A DNA stretch of 64,000 nucleotides. It comes from Candidatus Nitrospinota bacterium M3_3B_026 (GTDB lineage: Bacteria; Nitrospinota_A; UBA7883; JBPRGF01). The translations under genes were made by a program, and so were the position numbers. Below, one piece after another: positions 19,541 through 31,000 of the stretch. The notes beneath the pieces were generated by a model that was not told the DNA's origin, did no database searches, and was given only the letters and a program-made list of their open reading frames with translations. Every line of letters begins with the position of its first letter. Position 1 is the stretch's first letter. The stretch covers positions 1 through 64,000 of the forward strand of contig JBPRGF010000018.1 of NCBI GenBank assembly GCA_051418015.1, read 5' to 3'.

Positions 19541-20815
19541 TCACGACTCGTTGTCCAGATCGAAAAGATACCGGGCGGTCTGGACGAAAGACCCCCCGTC
19601 TTCCGTCTCCGCCTTCTTTTTGAGGTTTACGGTGGGCGCGTGGAGGAGCTTGTTCATGATGGCGCGGGTCATCTTGTCGAGGGCCTCCCTGTCCTTGCCG
19701 GAGAGGCCCTCGATTCTCCTGACGGTTTTTTCAAGCTCCTCGCGGCGGATACTGTCCGCCCTGCCGCGCAGGGCGGTTATGGTGGGGGCCACCTCCAGGT
19801 GGTCCAGCCAGGTCAGGAACTGGGTAACCTCGCCTTTTATTATCCGTTCGGCCTTTTTGGCCTCGCGCTCGCGCTCGGCCATGTTCGCCTCCACGACGCT
19901 CTTTAGGTCGTCAATGTCGTAGAGGTAGCAGTTGTCTATCTCGTTGACGGCCGGCTCGATGTCGCGGGGGACGGCGATGTCTATGAAGAACATGGGGCGG
20001 TTTTGCCGCTCGGCGATCACCTTCTCCGCAAGGTCCCTGCGCACGACGAAGTGCGGCGCGCCCGTGGAGCTTATCACTATGTCGCAGCGTTTGAGTTCGT
20101 CGTGGAGCCGGTCGAAGCGCACCGCCTCGCCGTTGAACTCGCGGGCCAGATCCACGGCCCTCTCGTAGGTTCTGTTGGAGACCAACACCGTCTCCACTCC
20201 CTGGGCGACAAGGTGCCTTGCCGCAAGCTCTATCATCTCCCCCGCGCCGATGAGCAGCGCCGTCTTGGAGGCGAGGTCGTCGAATATCTTGCGGGCAAGC
20301 TCCACGGCGGCGTAGGAGACCGAGACGGCGTTCTCCGCTATGGCCGTCTCCGCCCGGACGCGTTTGGCGACGGAGAAGCTGCGCTCGAACAGGTTGTTCA
20401 GGATGGCCCCGGTGGCTTTCAGCTCCCTGGCGGACCTGTAGGCCTCCTTCACCTGGCCAAGGATCTGCGGCTCGCCGACTATCATCGAGTCGAGCGAGGC
20501 GGAGACCTTGAAAAGGTGCTCCACGGCCTCGTCCAGGGCAAAGATGTAGGTGGATTTGTCCAGGGCGTCCCGCTCTATCTCGTGGTATTCACAGAGGAAC
20601 TTTTTCAGCTCCTCCACGCCCCGGTGGACGTTCTTGACCCTGGCGTAGATCTCCACCCTGTTGCAGGTGGAAAGGATCACCTCCTCCACCACGTTCGGCG
20701 CCTTCGCCTTCAGGAGGCGGACATGTTCCCCCACGGCGTTCTCGGGGATGGTGAGCTTTTCCCGCAGCTCCACCGGCGCCGTCTCGTGGTTCACCCCCAG
20801 AACTACAAGGTTCAT
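19541..20815 (-). CDS. hemA: Glutamyl-tRNA reductase
   Basis: LSTCNRVE, GEPQILGQ, IGAGEM, DIAVPRD. Confidence 0.97.
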   Translation of the reverse strand: MNLVVLGVNHETAPVELREKLTIPENAVGEHVRLLKAKAPNVVEEVILSTCNRVEIYARVKNVHRGVEELKKFLCEYHEIERDALDKSTYIFALDEAVEHLFKVSASLDSMIVGEPQILGQVKEAYRSARELKATGAILNNLFERSFSVAKRVRAETAIAENAVSVSYAAVELARKIFDDLASKTALLIGAGEMIELAARHLVAQGVETVLVSNRTYERAVDLAREFNGEAVRFDRLHDELKRCDIVISSTGAPHFVVRRDLAEKVIAERQNRPMFFIDIAVPRDIEPAVNEIDNCYLYDIDDLKSVVEANMAEREREAKKAERIIKGEVTQFLTWLDHLEVAPTITALRGRADSIRREELEKTVRRIEGLSGKDREALDKMTRAIMNKLLHAPTVNLKKKAETEDGGSFVQTARYLFDLDNES

Positions 20816-20818
20816 TCT

Positions 20819-21604
20819 CTACCGTCCAAGATGCAAAAGCAGAGACGCTATAACAATGACGTACCCGGCGACCCCCAGGGCGGCCGCCTTCCTTCCCCTC
20901 CACCCGAAAGCAAGCCTTCCCAGCCCCAGCGTGGCGTAGACCCCCCAGGCGATGAGCAGGGAAGCGGTGGATGTGTTCAGTTTCATTATAGCGCCGTATT
21001 TTTGCGTTGACCACACTATGGCCGCCCCGGCCCCCACGGTGATGATGGGGAACCCGAATATCAGCCCCATCCTGTTCGCCTCGTCCAGGATGGAAAGCGA
21101 AGGCAGCCGTTTGTACCACCCGCCGAAGTGTTTCGTCTTGAGCTGCCGCTCCTGGATGAGATACATAAGCCCCGCGGCGAAGACCAGCGAGAAGGCGCCG
21201 AAGGCCAGGAACGACAGCGTCCTGTGAAGCGTCAGCCAGTAGGCCTTGACGGGCAGGCTCGGCTCGGTCTCCGGCGACATCAAAAGCGCCAGCAGCATTA
21301 TCAGGAAGCCTATGGGGACCATGAAGGCGCCCAGCGGCTTGATCCTGAAATACCCCTCCGCCACCAGGAAGACGGCGAAGACAACCCAGGCCAGGAAGAC
21401 GAGATACTCGAATATGTTCATGTACGGCCCGTGTCCCGTGGCGGCGGACCTCAGGACCAGCGCCGCCGTCTCCACGGCGAAGCCCAGGGCGATCATCACC
21501 GTGGCCAGCACAAAAAGCGTCCTGTTGCGCAGCGCCAGGTAGAGAAGGTACTTGATCATCCCCAGAAAGTACAGAAACGTCGATATGACGAAGAGCGTCA
21601 TCAT
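20819..21604 (-). CDS. CcsA/HemX-like cytochrome c assembly membrane protein
   Basis: About 8 TM segments; WLTLH; MYLIQERQLK...LPSL..LD; located in the hem operon. Confidence 0.8.
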   Translation of the reverse strand: MMTLFVISTFLYFLGMIKYLLYLALRNRTLFVLATVMIALGFAVETAALVLRSAATGHGPYMNIFEYLVFLAWVVFAVFLVAEGYFRIKPLGAFMVPIGFLIMLLALLMSPETEPSLPVKAYWLTLHRTLSFLAFGAFSLVFAAGLMYLIQERQLKTKHFGGWYKRLPSLSILDEANRMGLIFGFPIITVGAGAAIVWSTQKYGAIMKLNTSTASLLIAWGVYATLGLGRLAFGWRGRKAAALGVAGYVIVIASLLLHLGR

Positions 21605-22233
21605 CGGCCCACGATCTCCTCCACCAGCCGCCAGGCGCCGTCCACGTCGCCCTCTTTTATCCGCTCCAGCAGGCCGGAGTCGGCCAGGCGGTTGAACGCC
21701 TTCTCGCGGCTCTTCTGGTCTTTTACGTTCGAAAAGGCTCTCCGCCTCGCCTCGCCCATCATCTCCAGGTATTCGCCCCACTCCTCGCCGAACTCGGTCT
21801 CCAGCTTCTTTCTCACCCTTTTGGCGACGGCGGGGCTTTTGCCCGACGTGCTTATCGCTATGGAAAGATCACCCCGGCGGACGACGGAGGGGACTATGAA
21901 CGTGCAGAGGGCTGGCTGGTCCACGACGTTGACGGGTATGCCGCGCCTTTCGGCCTCCTCGTACACGGCCCTGTTGGCGGGCTCGTCGTCCGTCGCCGCG
22001 ATGGCCAGGACGGCGCCTTCCATGTGGGCCGGGCCGAACCGCTCCCTCAGTATCTCAAGCCCGCTCTCCCCGGAAAGCTCCATGACCGCGCCGCTGATCT
22101 TTGGCGCCACGACCCGGACCCTCGCGCCGCATTCCAGCAGCGTTTCAGCCTTCCGGGCAGCCACCCTGCCGCCCCCCGCCACGAGGCACAGTCTTCCCCC
22201 GACGTCCAGGAATATCGGGTAATGGCGGCTCAC
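21601..22233 (-). CDS. Precorrin-2 dehydrogenase / sirohydrochlorin ferrochelatase (SirC/Met8/CysG-N)
   Basis: [32 protein letters not shown] start overlapping the nrdR stop. Confidence 0.9.
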   Translation of the reverse strand: MSRHYPIFLDVGGRLCLVAGGGRVAARKAETLLECGARVRVVAPKISGAVMELSGESGLEILRERFGPAHMEGAVLAIAATDDEPANRAVYEEAERRGIPVNVVDQPALCTFIVPSVVRRGDLSIAISTSGKSPAVAKRVRKKLETEFGEEWGEYLEMMGEARRRAFSNVKDQKSREKAFNRLADSGLLERIKEGDVDGAWRLVEEIVGR

Positions 22234-22688
22234 CTGTTCCTCTTGACCAGCGAGTTGAGCTCTTCTATGAACTGCGTTATGTCCCGGAACTCGCGGTAGA
22301 CCGAGGCGAAACGCACGTAGGCCACGTCGTCCAGCCGCTGCAGGCCGCGCATCACCGCCTCGCCGATCACCGAGCTGGAGACTTCCTTCTCCCCCGTGGC
22401 GATGGCGGCGCGGACGGCTTCCTCCACGATCTCCTCCCGGTCCTCGGCGGAGACGGGCCGCTTCTGACAGGCCCTCTCCACGCCCTCCATTATTTTCGCG
22501 CGGCTGAAAGGCTGCCTCTCCCCTCCCTTCTTTATGATCATGGGGAGGTTCTCCTCTATCCGCTCGTAGGTGGTGAACCGGTACTGGCAGCGGGCGCACT
22601 CGCGCCGCCTGCGGATCATGTCGCCCTCCTTCGTCAGGCGTGAGTCCATCACCCTGTTCTCGAGGTCGCCGCATGAGGGGCACTTCAT
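22230..22688 (-). CDS. nrdR: Transcriptional repressor NrdR
   Basis: MKCPSC...[18 protein letters not shown] cone; [10 protein letters not shown]. Confidence 0.97.
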   Translation of the reverse strand: MKCPSCGDLENRVMDSRLTKEGDMIRRRRECARCQYRFTTYERIEENLPMIIKKGGERQPFSRAKIMEGVERACQKRPVSAEDREEIVEEAVRAAIATGEKEVSSSVIGEAVMRGLQRLDDVAYVRFASVYREFRDITQFIEELNSLVKRNR

Positions 22689-22712
22689 CGTCTCGTTCCG
22701 GGGGTTATGTTG

Positions 22713-23975
22713 TTACCGTTCTCCCGGATAGAGCGGGAATTTCGCGCACAACTCGCGGACGCGCCCCCTCACCCTCGCCAGGTTGTCCTCGTCTTCGGGG
22801 TTGTCCAGAACCTCCAGTATCCAGCCGCCGACCGTATCCATCTCCGGCTCCTTGAGGCCCCGGGTGGTGACGGCGGGGGTCCCTATCCGTATGCCGGAGG
22901 TTATGAGAGGCTTTTGCGGGTCGAAGGGGATGGTGTTCTTGTTCAGGGTGATCCCCGCCGCGTCCAGGGCCTGCTCGGCCTGCTTGCCGGTCAGCTCCTT
23001 TGAACGCAGATCTACTAACATAAGATGGTTGTCCGTCCCGCCGGAGACAAGCCGCAGGCCGCCGCCTTTCAGCCTTTCGGCCAGTCGCTTGCAGTTTTTG
23101 ACCACCTGCTCCTGGTATTTTCTGAACTCGTCCGTCATCGCCTCACCGAGCGCGACGGCCTTGGCGGCGATGACGTGCATCAGCGGCCCTCCCTGAAGGC
23201 CGGGGAAGACGGCGCGGTTTATCTCCTTTGCGTATTTCTCCTTGCAAAGGACCATTCCCGCCCTGGGGCCCCGCAGGGTCTTGTGTGTCGTGGTGGTGAC
23301 GAAATCGGCGAGGGGCGTGGGGTTCGGGTGCAGCCCCGCGGCCACCAGCCCGGCTATGTGCGCCATGTCCACCATCAGCAGCGCCCCCACCTCGTCGCAT
23401 ATCTGCCGGAAAGGCTCCCAGGGGATTGTCCGCGGGTAGGCCGAAGCGCCGGCTATTATCAGCTTCGGCCTGTTCTCCACCGCCAGGCGCTCGAGCTCCT
23501 CGAAGTCTATGGTCTCGTCCTCTTTTTTAACGTTGTAGGGAACGACGTTGAACCACTTGCCGGACATGTTCAGCGGGTGGCCGTGGGACAGGTGCCCGCC
23601 GTGGGACAGGTTCAGCCCCATGATGGTGTCGCCGGGGTTGAGCATGGCGAACAGCACCGCCTGATTGGCCTGGGTTCCCGAGTGGGGCTGGACGTTGGCG
23701 TGTTCGGCCCCGAAAAGCTTTTTGGCGCGCTCTATGGCCAGGTTTTCCGCCACGTCCACATTCCGGCAGCCGCCGTAGTAGCGCCTGCCGGGGTAGCCTT
23801 CGGCGTACTTGTTGGTCAGGACGGAGCCCTGCGCCTCCAGCACGGCCCCGCTGGTGAAGTTCTCGGAGGCTATCAGCTCCAGGGTGTGTTTTTCGCGCTC
23901 CTCCTCGCCGTGGATCGCCTCCCAGACTTCCGGGTCCTGTTCTTTGAGGATGGACTCTGCTATCCGTGTTGTCAT
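22713..23975 (-). CDS. glyA: Serine hydroxymethyltransferase
   Basis: [26 protein letters not shown]. Confidence 0.98.
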   Translation of the reverse strand: MTTRIAESILKEQDPEVWEAIHGEEEREKHTLELIASENFTSGAVLEAQGSVLTNKYAEGYPGRRYYGGCRNVDVAENLAIERAKKLFGAEHANVQPHSGTQANQAVLFAMLNPGDTIMGLNLSHGGHLSHGHPLNMSGKWFNVVPYNVKKEDETIDFEELERLAVENRPKLIIAGASAYPRTIPWEPFRQICDEVGALLMVDMAHIAGLVAAGLHPNPTPLADFVTTTTHKTLRGPRAGMVLCKEKYAKEINRAVFPGLQGGPLMHVIAAKAVALGEAMTDEFRKYQEQVVKNCKRLAERLKGGGLRLVSGGTDNHLMLVDLRSKELTGKQAEQALDAAGITLNKNTIPFDPQKPLITSGIRIGTPAVTTRGLKEPEMDTVGGWILEVLDNPEDEDNLARVRGRVRELCAKFPLYPGER

Positions 23976-23994
23976 GCTCCGATTCTCCCGGGGG

Positions 23995-24447
23995 TTACTT
24001 GTCCTCTAGTTTTTTTATCTTGTCCAGCCGCCGGTCGTGCCGCCCCCCCTCGTAAGGCGTCGCGAGCCATATGTCCACGACGTCCTTGGCCACGTCCATG
24101 GCGGTGGTGCGCCCGCCCATCACCAGTATGTTGGAGTTGTTGTGCAGGCGGCTCATCTTGGCGGTGTAGTTGTCGTAGGCCAGGGTGGCCCGCACGCCGG
24201 GGAACTTGTTGGCGGTTATGGACATGCCTATCCCCGTGCCGCAAAGCAGGATGCCGCGCTTGAATTCCCCTTTGCTCACGGCCTTTGCCACCTTCTCGCC
24301 GTAGTCGGGGTAGTCCACGGATTTTTCCTCGTGAACCCCCATGTCCGTCACCTCGTACCCCTTCTCCTTCAGGTAGGCGGCGACGGCCTGTTTCAGCTCG
24401 AAGGCCCCGTGGTCGGAGGCTATGACTATCCTTTTGTCTTCTTCCAT
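23995..24447 (-). CDS. rpiB: Ribose-5-phosphate isomerase B
   Basis: [31 protein letters not shown]. Confidence 0.96.
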   Translation of the reverse strand: MEEDKRIVIASDHGAFELKQAVAAYLKEKGYEVTDMGVHEEKSVDYPDYGEKVAKAVSKGEFKRGILLCGTGIGMSITANKFPGVRATLAYDNYTAKMSRLHNNSNILVMGGRTTAMDVAKDVVDIWLATPYEGGRHDRRLDKIKKLEDK

Positions 24448-24590
24448 GATTATCCCTGGCCCGCCTGAAAGCTCTGAAAATATTCTATTATATGGGGCGC
24501 GTCTCGCGGCTGTCAAAGAAAGGCCGGATTCTGGCTGAAGGGCCGTTCCTCAAAAAGACCTTTGCGTGACCAGGGGCGAACACCTCCCCC

Positions 24591-25352
24591 TCACGGCCCG
24601 GCGGCGCGGCCGCCTGTAAGCTTTTCGTAAAAGCGTTCGAACTCTTCCTCGAACTTTTTTATGAGCCCCTCCCTCATGAAGGAGTAGTGGCCCGCCGAGG
24701 ATATGATGATGTGCTCCCGGATACGCAGGTCCAGGAACCCGGCGGCGAAGACCATCTCCCTTGTCAGGGCCGCGTCCTCCGCCGAGGGCCGGGAGGAGCC
24801 TCCAGGGTGGTTGTGGGCCAACACCAGCGTGGTGGCGGAATGGGTGATGGCCTTTTCCATGAGCTCTCTTGGGGTGACGGCCACGCTCGCCGGGCCCCCG
24901 GCGGACAGGCTCTCCTCGTGGAGGATGGCGTTTTGCGAGCTTAAAAAGAGGACGTGGAAATATTCCCGCTTCTGGTCCCGCAGGGCGTGGGTGAAGTAGT
25001 CCAGGACCTCCTCGAAGGAGTTGACGTAGTTTTCCTTCAATATCCTCTCCCGCAGAAACTTCCTCGCGATGGAGTGGATGAGCCTTATGCCGAAGACGTT
25101 GGCCGGCCCTATCCCCTCCACCTTTTGCAGCTCATCGGCGGAGGCCTCCAGCACGGCGGAGAAGGAGCCGAACCGCTCCAGCGCCCTGCGGGCCGTAAGT
25201 TTGCAGTCCCTGCGCGGTGTGGCCAGCGTCAGCAGAAGCTCCACCACCTCGTCGTCGGTGAACTTGTCCAGCCCGAACTCCAGGAACTTCTCGCGGAGCC
25301 TGCGCCTGTGCCCTTCCGCCGTTCGCGGCGCGGGCCCTTTTTTGTCCGTCAT
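24591..25352 (-). CDS. radC: RadC-family JAB domain protein
   Basis: GHRRRLR, HhH motif GIG, HNHPGG...PS.ED. Confidence 0.9.
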   Translation of the reverse strand: MTDKKGPAPRTAEGHRRRLREKFLEFGLDKFTDDEVVELLLTLATPRRDCKLTARRALERFGSFSAVLEASADELQKVEGIGPANVFGIRLIHSIARKFLRERILKENYVNSFEEVLDYFTHALRDQKREYFHVLFLSSQNAILHEESLSAGGPASVAVTPRELMEKAITHSATTLVLAHNHPGGSSRPSAEDAALTREMVFAAGFLDLRIREHIIISSAGHYSFMREGLIKKFEEEFERFYEKLTGGRAAGP

Positions 25353-26203
25353 GGCGACATCATGACGTCCGCTATGGTGAAGAGCATCAGCCCCATGCTC
25401 ACGGCGCCGTTGACGTTGAAGAAGGCCACGTTCACCCGGGAGAGATCGTCCGGGCGCACGATGGAATGCTCGTAGTACAAAAGCGCCGCGGCGAGGAGAA
25501 CCCCCGTTATGTATATCCACGACAGGCTCGACAGCGCCGCCAGCGCAAGCAGTAAGGCCACCATGACACCGTGGAACGCGGAGGACAAGGCGAGCGCCCG
25601 GGACGCGCCGAACCGCTGGGGGATGGAATGAAGGCCCACCCGGCGGTCGAACTCGATGTCCTGCAGGGAGTATATGGTGTCCAGCCCCGCCAGCCAGAAG
25701 ACGACCGCCACCCCCAGCAGAAGAGGCGCCACCGCGATCTCCTCGCGGATCGCCACCCACGCCCCCACGGGCGCAAGGGCCAGCGCGGCCCCCAGGAAAA
25801 AATGGGAATACGGCGTGAAACGCTTGGTGTACGAGTAGAACAAGACAACCCCCAGCGCCACGGGGGAGAGGGTCAGCGCCAGCCGGTTCATCATGGCGCA
25901 CACGACGACGAACCCCGCCGCCGACGCCGCGGTGAAGGCGATGTACACCGGCCTCGCCGCCCGGCCCGAAGGCAGGGCGCGGCCCGCGGTCCTGGGGTTT
26001 TCCCTGTCGTAGCGCTCGTCGGCGATCCTGTTGAAAGCCATCGCCGCCGAGCGGGCGAAGACCATCGCCGCCAGTATCAGCCCAAGGTCGCGCAGGCCCG
26101 GCGCGCCGCCCGCGGCCATGAAGGCGCTCATGATGGCGAAGGGCAGGGCGAAAACGGTGTGCTGTACCTTGATATCCTCCAGGATGGAGACGATCCCTCT
26201 CAC
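25349..26203 (-). CDS. UbiA-family prenyltransferase (MqnP-like)
   Basis: HTVFALPF, NRIADERYD..NPRT, YSYTKRF, YSLQDIEFD. Confidence 0.9.
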   Translation of the reverse strand: MRGIVSILEDIKVQHTVFALPFAIMSAFMAAGGAPGLRDLGLILAAMVFARSAAMAFNRIADERYDRENPRTAGRALPSGRAARPVYIAFTAASAAGFVVVCAMMNRLALTLSPVALGVVLFYSYTKRFTPYSHFFLGAALALAPVGAWVAIREEIAVAPLLLGVAVVFWLAGLDTIYSLQDIEFDRRVGLHSIPQRFGASRALALSSAFHGVMVALLLALAALSSLSWIYITGVLLAAALLYYEHSIVRPDDLSRVNVAFFNVNGAVSMGLMLFTIADVMMSP

Positions 26204-26212
26204 GGCGCGCCG

Positions 26213-28429
26213 TTAAATGATCTCCAGCTTCGCGAACTTTCTCACAAGCTTCCTCTCGCCGAACCGTGGGAAGTATACCACCACCTTCGCCCCGTCGCCT
26301 CTCCCCTCGATCTTGCGGACGATCCCCACCCCGAATGAAGGATGCCGGGCCTTCGCCCCGACGGCCAGCTCTCCGTCCTTGGCGGCTGGCGCCGTTGTGG
26401 CGGCGGGCGCGGGGCGGGGTTTTTGAGACCGGGGGACAGGGGCGGCGAAAAGCGTCGCCTCGCCCCCCTCCTGCTCCAGGACCTCCGGCGGCAGATCGCG
26501 CAGGAAAGGGGAGGGTCTGGACACCTGCGTCACGCCGAACATCCTGCGCGCCTCGGTGTGGGTGATGAACAGACGTCTGCCCGCCCGGGTCATGGCCACG
26601 TACATAAGCCTGCGCTCCTCCTCCATCTGCGACGGGTCGTCCTTGCTCCTGGCGTGGGGGAAAAGGCCGTCCTCCAGCCCGGTCACGAAAACGATGGGGA
26701 ACTCGAGCCCCTTGCTCACGTGGATCGTCATCAGCTTCACGGCCCCTGATCCCTCGTCCACGCCGTCGGCCTCGGCGACCAGGGCGGCCTGATCCAAAAA
26801 GGCCGCTATGGAGGCCCGTCCCTCTCTTTCCTGAAACTCCTCCGCCGCGGAGACAAGCTCGGTCAGGTTCTCCATCCTGGTCTGCGACTCGCTGCTTTTG
26901 TCCTCGGAGAGCCAGTCCATGTAGCCCGTTACGGTCAGCGCCTCGTTCAGCGCGTCGGCGGCGGTCATGTTCTGGGCCGCGGAGCGGATCTTCAGGAAAA
27001 TCTCCCGGAAAGCCTCGAGTTTTTTCACCGCCCCCGCGTTCAGCCCCTCCACGCCGCCGAGGTCGTCCAGCATGGCCGAAAGCGGGGCTCCGGCGGCTTC
27101 GGCGGCGCGTTCGAGCTTCTCGATTGTGGCGGCGCCTATCCCCCGCGGCGGGGTGTTGATTATCCTTTTGAATGACACCGCGTCCAGTGGGTTCAGGACG
27201 GCGCGGAAATAGGCGAGGATGTCTTTTACCTCTCTGCGCTCGTAGAATTTGAGCCCGCCGTATATCTGGTACGGGATCCGTTCGCCCCTCAACACGTCCT
27301 CTATGGCGCGGGACTGGGAGTTCGTCCTGTAGAAGACGGCGAAATCGTTCAGGGACGCTCCCCCGTCCAGGAGTTTATTAATCGTTTTCGCCACGTAGCG
27401 CGCCTCGTCCCCCTCGTCGAAGGCCCGGTACAGGCGTATGTTCTCCCCTCCCGCGTTGCTCGTCCAGAGCTTTTTGGGTTTGCGGCCGGGGTTGCGGGCC
27501 ACGACGGCCCCGGCGGCCTCCAGTATCTTTTGCGTGGACCGGTAGTTTCTCTCCAGCAGGATGACCTTCGTATCCGGGTAGTCCTTCTCGAAGTTCAGTA
27601 TGTTCCCGATGTTGGCGCCGCGCCAACGGTATATCGACTGGTCGTCGTCCCCCACCACACATATGTTCCTGTGATCGCCCACGATCAGGCGGATGATCTC
27701 GTACTGCGCCGTGTTGGTGTCCTGGAACTCGTCCACGAGCAGGTGGAGGAAACGTTCCCGGTAGTAGCTCCTGACGGCCTCCTCTCTCCTTAAAAGCTCC
27801 ACCGTTCTGCCGAGCAGGTCGTCGAAATCCATGACCGACGCCTCCCGCAGCCTCTTCTCATAAAGGTGGAACAGGCGCAGAAACTCCGCGTGGCGCCTGG
27901 GGTTGAGCTCCTTTTCGGCCTGTTCCGGCCCCTTCAGCTTGTTCTTGAAGCTTGAGATCATGGCCGCCATCTGGCGGGCCGGGTGGAGCTTTTCCGGCAG
28001 ACCGAGGTCGTCGAGGCAGGACTTTATCAGCCGTTTCTGGTCCTGGGCGTCGTAGACGGAAAAATCCTTCTGATAGCCTATTTTCCCGGCGTCGCGGCGC
28101 AGCATCCGAAGGCAGGCGGAATGGAAGGTGGATATCCATATATCCCCCCCCCGCGTCCCGGTGAGCGCCAGGGCCCGTTCCTTCATCTCCGCGGCGGCCT
28201 TGTTGGTGAAGGTCAGCGCCATGACCCGGCCGGGGCTTGCCCCCTCGGCGATCAGGCGGGCGATCCTGTACGTTATGACCCTGGTCTTCCCGGAGCCCGC
28301 GCCGGCGAGAATCAGGATCGGGCCGCCTTCGGCCATGACCGCCTCGAACTGTTTTTCGTTCAGCTCTTTTTGAAGGAGGCCTCTGTCGAGGGCGGGCCGC
28401 GGCCGGGCCGCCCGCAGGGTCTGCGTCAT
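26213..28429 (-). CDS. uvrD: UvrD/PcrA DNA helicase
   Basis: AGAGSGKT, VDEFQDTN, NYRS, EERRLMYVAMTRA. Confidence 0.93.
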   Translation of the reverse strand: MTQTLRAARPRPALDRGLLQKELNEKQFEAVMAEGGPILILAGAGSGKTRVITYRIARLIAEGASPGRVMALTFTNKAAAEMKERALALTGTRGGDIWISTFHSACLRMLRRDAGKIGYQKDFSVYDAQDQKRLIKSCLDDLGLPEKLHPARQMAAMISSFKNKLKGPEQAEKELNPRRHAEFLRLFHLYEKRLREASVMDFDDLLGRTVELLRREEAVRSYYRERFLHLLVDEFQDTNTAQYEIIRLIVGDHRNICVVGDDDQSIYRWRGANIGNILNFEKDYPDTKVILLERNYRSTQKILEAAGAVVARNPGRKPKKLWTSNAGGENIRLYRAFDEGDEARYVAKTINKLLDGGASLNDFAVFYRTNSQSRAIEDVLRGERIPYQIYGGLKFYERREVKDILAYFRAVLNPLDAVSFKRIINTPPRGIGAATIEKLERAAEAAGAPLSAMLDDLGGVEGLNAGAVKKLEAFREIFLKIRSAAQNMTAADALNEALTVTGYMDWLSEDKSSESQTRMENLTELVSAAEEFQEREGRASIAAFLDQAALVAEADGVDEGSGAVKLMTIHVSKGLEFPIVFVTGLEDGLFPHARSKDDPSQMEEERRLMYVAMTRAGRRLFITHTEARRMFGVTQVSRPSPFLRDLPPEVLEQEGGEATLFAAPVPRSQKPRPAPAATTAPAAKDGELAVGAKARHPSFGVGIVRKIEGRGDGAKVVVYFPRFGERKLVRKFAKLEII

Positions 28430-29427
28430 GGCGCCGCGGAGAGGAAAGCGGCGATCTTCTCGTAGGGCTTGTAGCCCCTTATGATCTGCGCGAGCTTGCC
28501 GCCGTGGTATATGGCCATGGTGGGGGTGAGGTAGACCCCCAGCGCCTCCGCCCTTTTCATGTCCGCGTTCACCTTCGCGGTGACCTTGCGTTTCAGGTCA
28601 TCGGTGAACTCCATCTCCTCAAGCAGCGGCTTGAGATAGCCGTAGAGGCTTTCCTGGTTTTCGAACACTTTCCGCCTCGCTTCAAGATACTCCTCCCTGC
28701 CGCTGGTGAAGGCCAGGGCGTTGACGTAGGAGGCGGCCACGGGGGATATCTTGTGCCCTCTTATTATATAGTCGCGATAGACTATGAGGACATTCGGGTG
28801 ATTCTCCCTGATCTTGTCCACCTCGGCCTCCATCTTGCGGCAGTGCGGGCACTCGTAGTCCGAGAAAATCTCGACCCTCACATCGGCGTCCGGGTCTCCC
28901 TCGTAGGTGACAAGCTCGCCCGCGCCGGAGGGGGCGGACGGGCCTCCGAGCGTCACCGGCAGCGCAAGCCCGATGAAGACCACCAGCGCGATGATTGGGA
29001 CAGGCCACAGCTTCCCCGGCAGCAGGAACTTTTCAGTTTTCACGCTCCAGGCCGCGGTCAGGACGAACAGGACGACGACCGTGAAGAACTGTATCAGGCA
29101 GAACAGGCAGTAAACGTGGATGACCGCCGCCATCACCCACAGGAAGTAGAACTCCGCCCCCAGCAGCGCCGCCGCCATCGGCAAAACCGCGGCGGGGAAA
29201 TAGGCGAGCAGCAGCCCGAACACGATGTAGGACAAAAGCCCCCAGTAGGCCACCGACACGCCGAACATCTTTGAGTAGGGCGTGGAGGCCACGTCGGCGC
29301 AGCCGCTGGAGTCCCCGCCGCAAAGCTCCATTATCCAGGGGTAGTGGTGGGACAGCTCCGTCACGATGGTGAGGGCGACGCCGAACATGGTTACGGCGTA
29401 CAGGGCGATCTTCAGCTTTTTTTCCAT
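28426..29427 (-). CDS. VKOR-DsbA/thioredoxin fusion
   Basis: VKOR loop cysteines and CLFC; C-terminal CPHC with a TP cis-Pro motif. Confidence 0.85.
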   Translation of the reverse strand: MEKKLKIALYAVTMFGVALTIVTELSHHYPWIMELCGGDSSGCADVASTPYSKMFGVSVAYWGLLSYIVFGLLLAYFPAAVLPMAAALLGAEFYFLWVMAAVIHVYCLFCLIQFFTVVVLFVLTAAWSVKTEKFLLPGKLWPVPIIALVVFIGLALPVTLGGPSAPSGAGELVTYEGDPDADVRVEIFSDYECPHCRKMEAEVDKIRENHPNVLIVYRDYIIRGHKISPVAASYVNALAFTSGREEYLEARRKVFENQESLYGYLKPLLEEMEFTDDLKRKVTAKVNADMKRAEALGVYLTPTMAIYHGGKLAQIIRGYKPYEKIAAFLSAAP

Positions 29428-29435
29428 TCTCCCGC

Positions 29436-29897
29436 TTATTTCCTCTGGTTGTTTTCAGGCGCCGGGGGGTCGTCCCCTTCGTTCTCGTTCTCGTCTTCCT
29501 CCGGGGCTTCCGTCACGATCTCCGTCTCCTCCCCGGCCTCCCAGTATGGCTCGGCGTTGAAGTGCCGGCTCAGGCTCTCCTCCTCGGCCACGGTGGGGTT
29601 ATACGGGTCCATCACCATGGGCGCGGCGGCTATATGCTCCAGGGAGCAGTTGATGTCCAGACGGGACATCCCCGCCTTGACAAGGGCGCTCCAGGGCAGC
29701 AGCACACGTTTGCCTCGTATGGACAGGAACCCGCCCACCTCTATGATGGCGTAGCGGGGCTTGTGGGTGTCCTCGTCCACCAGCAGGTCGCGCACACCAG
29801 CCACGTCTCTTTCCATGCTGTCGTAGACGTAATAGCCTATGACCCTGTCCTGCGGGCTCAGGTCGTAATTTACACTGGACGCCGTGACAAGACCCAT
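29436..29897 (-). CDS. PRC-barrel domain protein
   Basis: VRDLLVDE...RYAIIEVGGFLSI..KRVLLPW. Confidence 0.85.
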   Translation of the reverse strand: MGLVTASSVNYDLSPQDRVIGYYVYDSMERDVAGVRDLLVDEDTHKPRYAIIEVGGFLSIRGKRVLLPWSALVKAGMSRLDINCSLEHIAAAPMVMDPYNPTVAEEESLSRHFNAEPYWEAGEETEIVTEAPEEDENENEGDDPPAPENNQRK

Positions 29898-30078
29898 GTC
29901 TCCGCCATGTTATGAAGGGATTGAAACACGATATGTCATCAGGCTGATTTTAGATTAACGGGTTGTTTAAATCAATGTGGACCCCAGGGAAGGCGCATGG
30001 GGATTGCCCTGATTTGGATTTCCTCCAAAAGGCGAAGAGTGGGGCCGCGCGGCGCCGGAAAAGGTTAAACTATCAGCC

Positions 30079-30954
30079 ATGGGAAAAAAGTGGATCAAGA
30101 TCAGCGTCCTGGTGGACTCATCCTTCGCCGATGACGCCGCCGCCTCGCTGGCCTTCGAGACAGGGCGGCCGGTGGAGATGGGCGAAGCGGGCGGCGGTCT
30201 CGTGAAGGTGACGGTCTGGTTCGAAAACGGGGAGGGGGAGCGCCCGGAGCTTGTCGAGGCCGTCAGGAGGGCGATCGGCCTGTGGGTCTCCGGGGCCTCG
30301 GAGGCGGAGACTCCCGAGACGGCCGAGGAGGAGGACAGGGACTGGCTCGCGCTGTGGAAAAAGTCGTTCAAACCCCTTCCCGTGGGGGAGCGTCTGGTGA
30401 TCGTTCCCTCCTGGGAGGGGCTGCCGGTGGACGGGGAGAGGCTGCCGGTCATCCTGGACCCGGGCATGGCCTTCGGCACCGGTCATCATCCCACCACGGC
30501 GGGATGCCTGGTTCTGCTTGAAAAATACGCCGCCTCCAGTGTCCTGGACGTGGGGACGGGGTCCGGCGTCCTGGCCATAGCGGCGGCGAAGCTGGGGGCG
30601 GAAAGGGTTCTGGGTGTAGATACGGACGCGGAGGCCGTCCGCGTGGCGATGGACAACGCCAGAATAAACAAGGCGCAAGACAGGGTGCGGATAGTCGAGG
30701 GCACGGCGGGGGCCGCCCCGGGCGAGTTCGGCCTGGTCGTGGCCAACCTTTACGCCAGTGTCATCACGAAAACCGCCGGAACCCTGCGCGAAAAAACGGC
30801 GCCAGGCGGGGCGCTGATAGTGTCCGGACTGAGGGCGGAGCAGACCCGGGCGGCGCAAAAGAGCCTTTTCGCCGAGGGGTTTTCGCCCATGGAGCAGCTT
30901 CGGGAGAAGGATTGGGTGACCCTGGCTTTCCGAAGGGACCGGCGGATGGGCTGA
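30079..30954 (+). CDS. prmA: Ribosomal protein L11 methyltransferase
   Basis: LDPGMAFGTGHHPTT, LDVGTGSGVLAI. Confidence 0.95.
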   Translation: MGKKWIKISVLVDSSFADDAAASLAFETGRPVEMGEAGGGLVKVTVWFENGEGERPELVEAVRRAIGLWVSGASEAETPETAEEEDRDWLALWKKSFKPLPVGERLVIVPSWEGLPVDGERLPVILDPGMAFGTGHHPTTAGCLVLLEKYAASSVLDVGTGSGVLAIAAAKLGAERVLGVDTDAEAVRVAMDNARINKAQDRVRIVEGTAGAAPGEFGLVVANLYASVITKTAGTLREKTAPGGALIVSGLRAEQTRAAQKSLFAEGFSPMEQLREKDWVTLAFRRDRRMG

Positions 30955-31000
30955 CGAAAAGGCTTTGCATTCCCGGCGTCATTGATGTATAAATATAAAA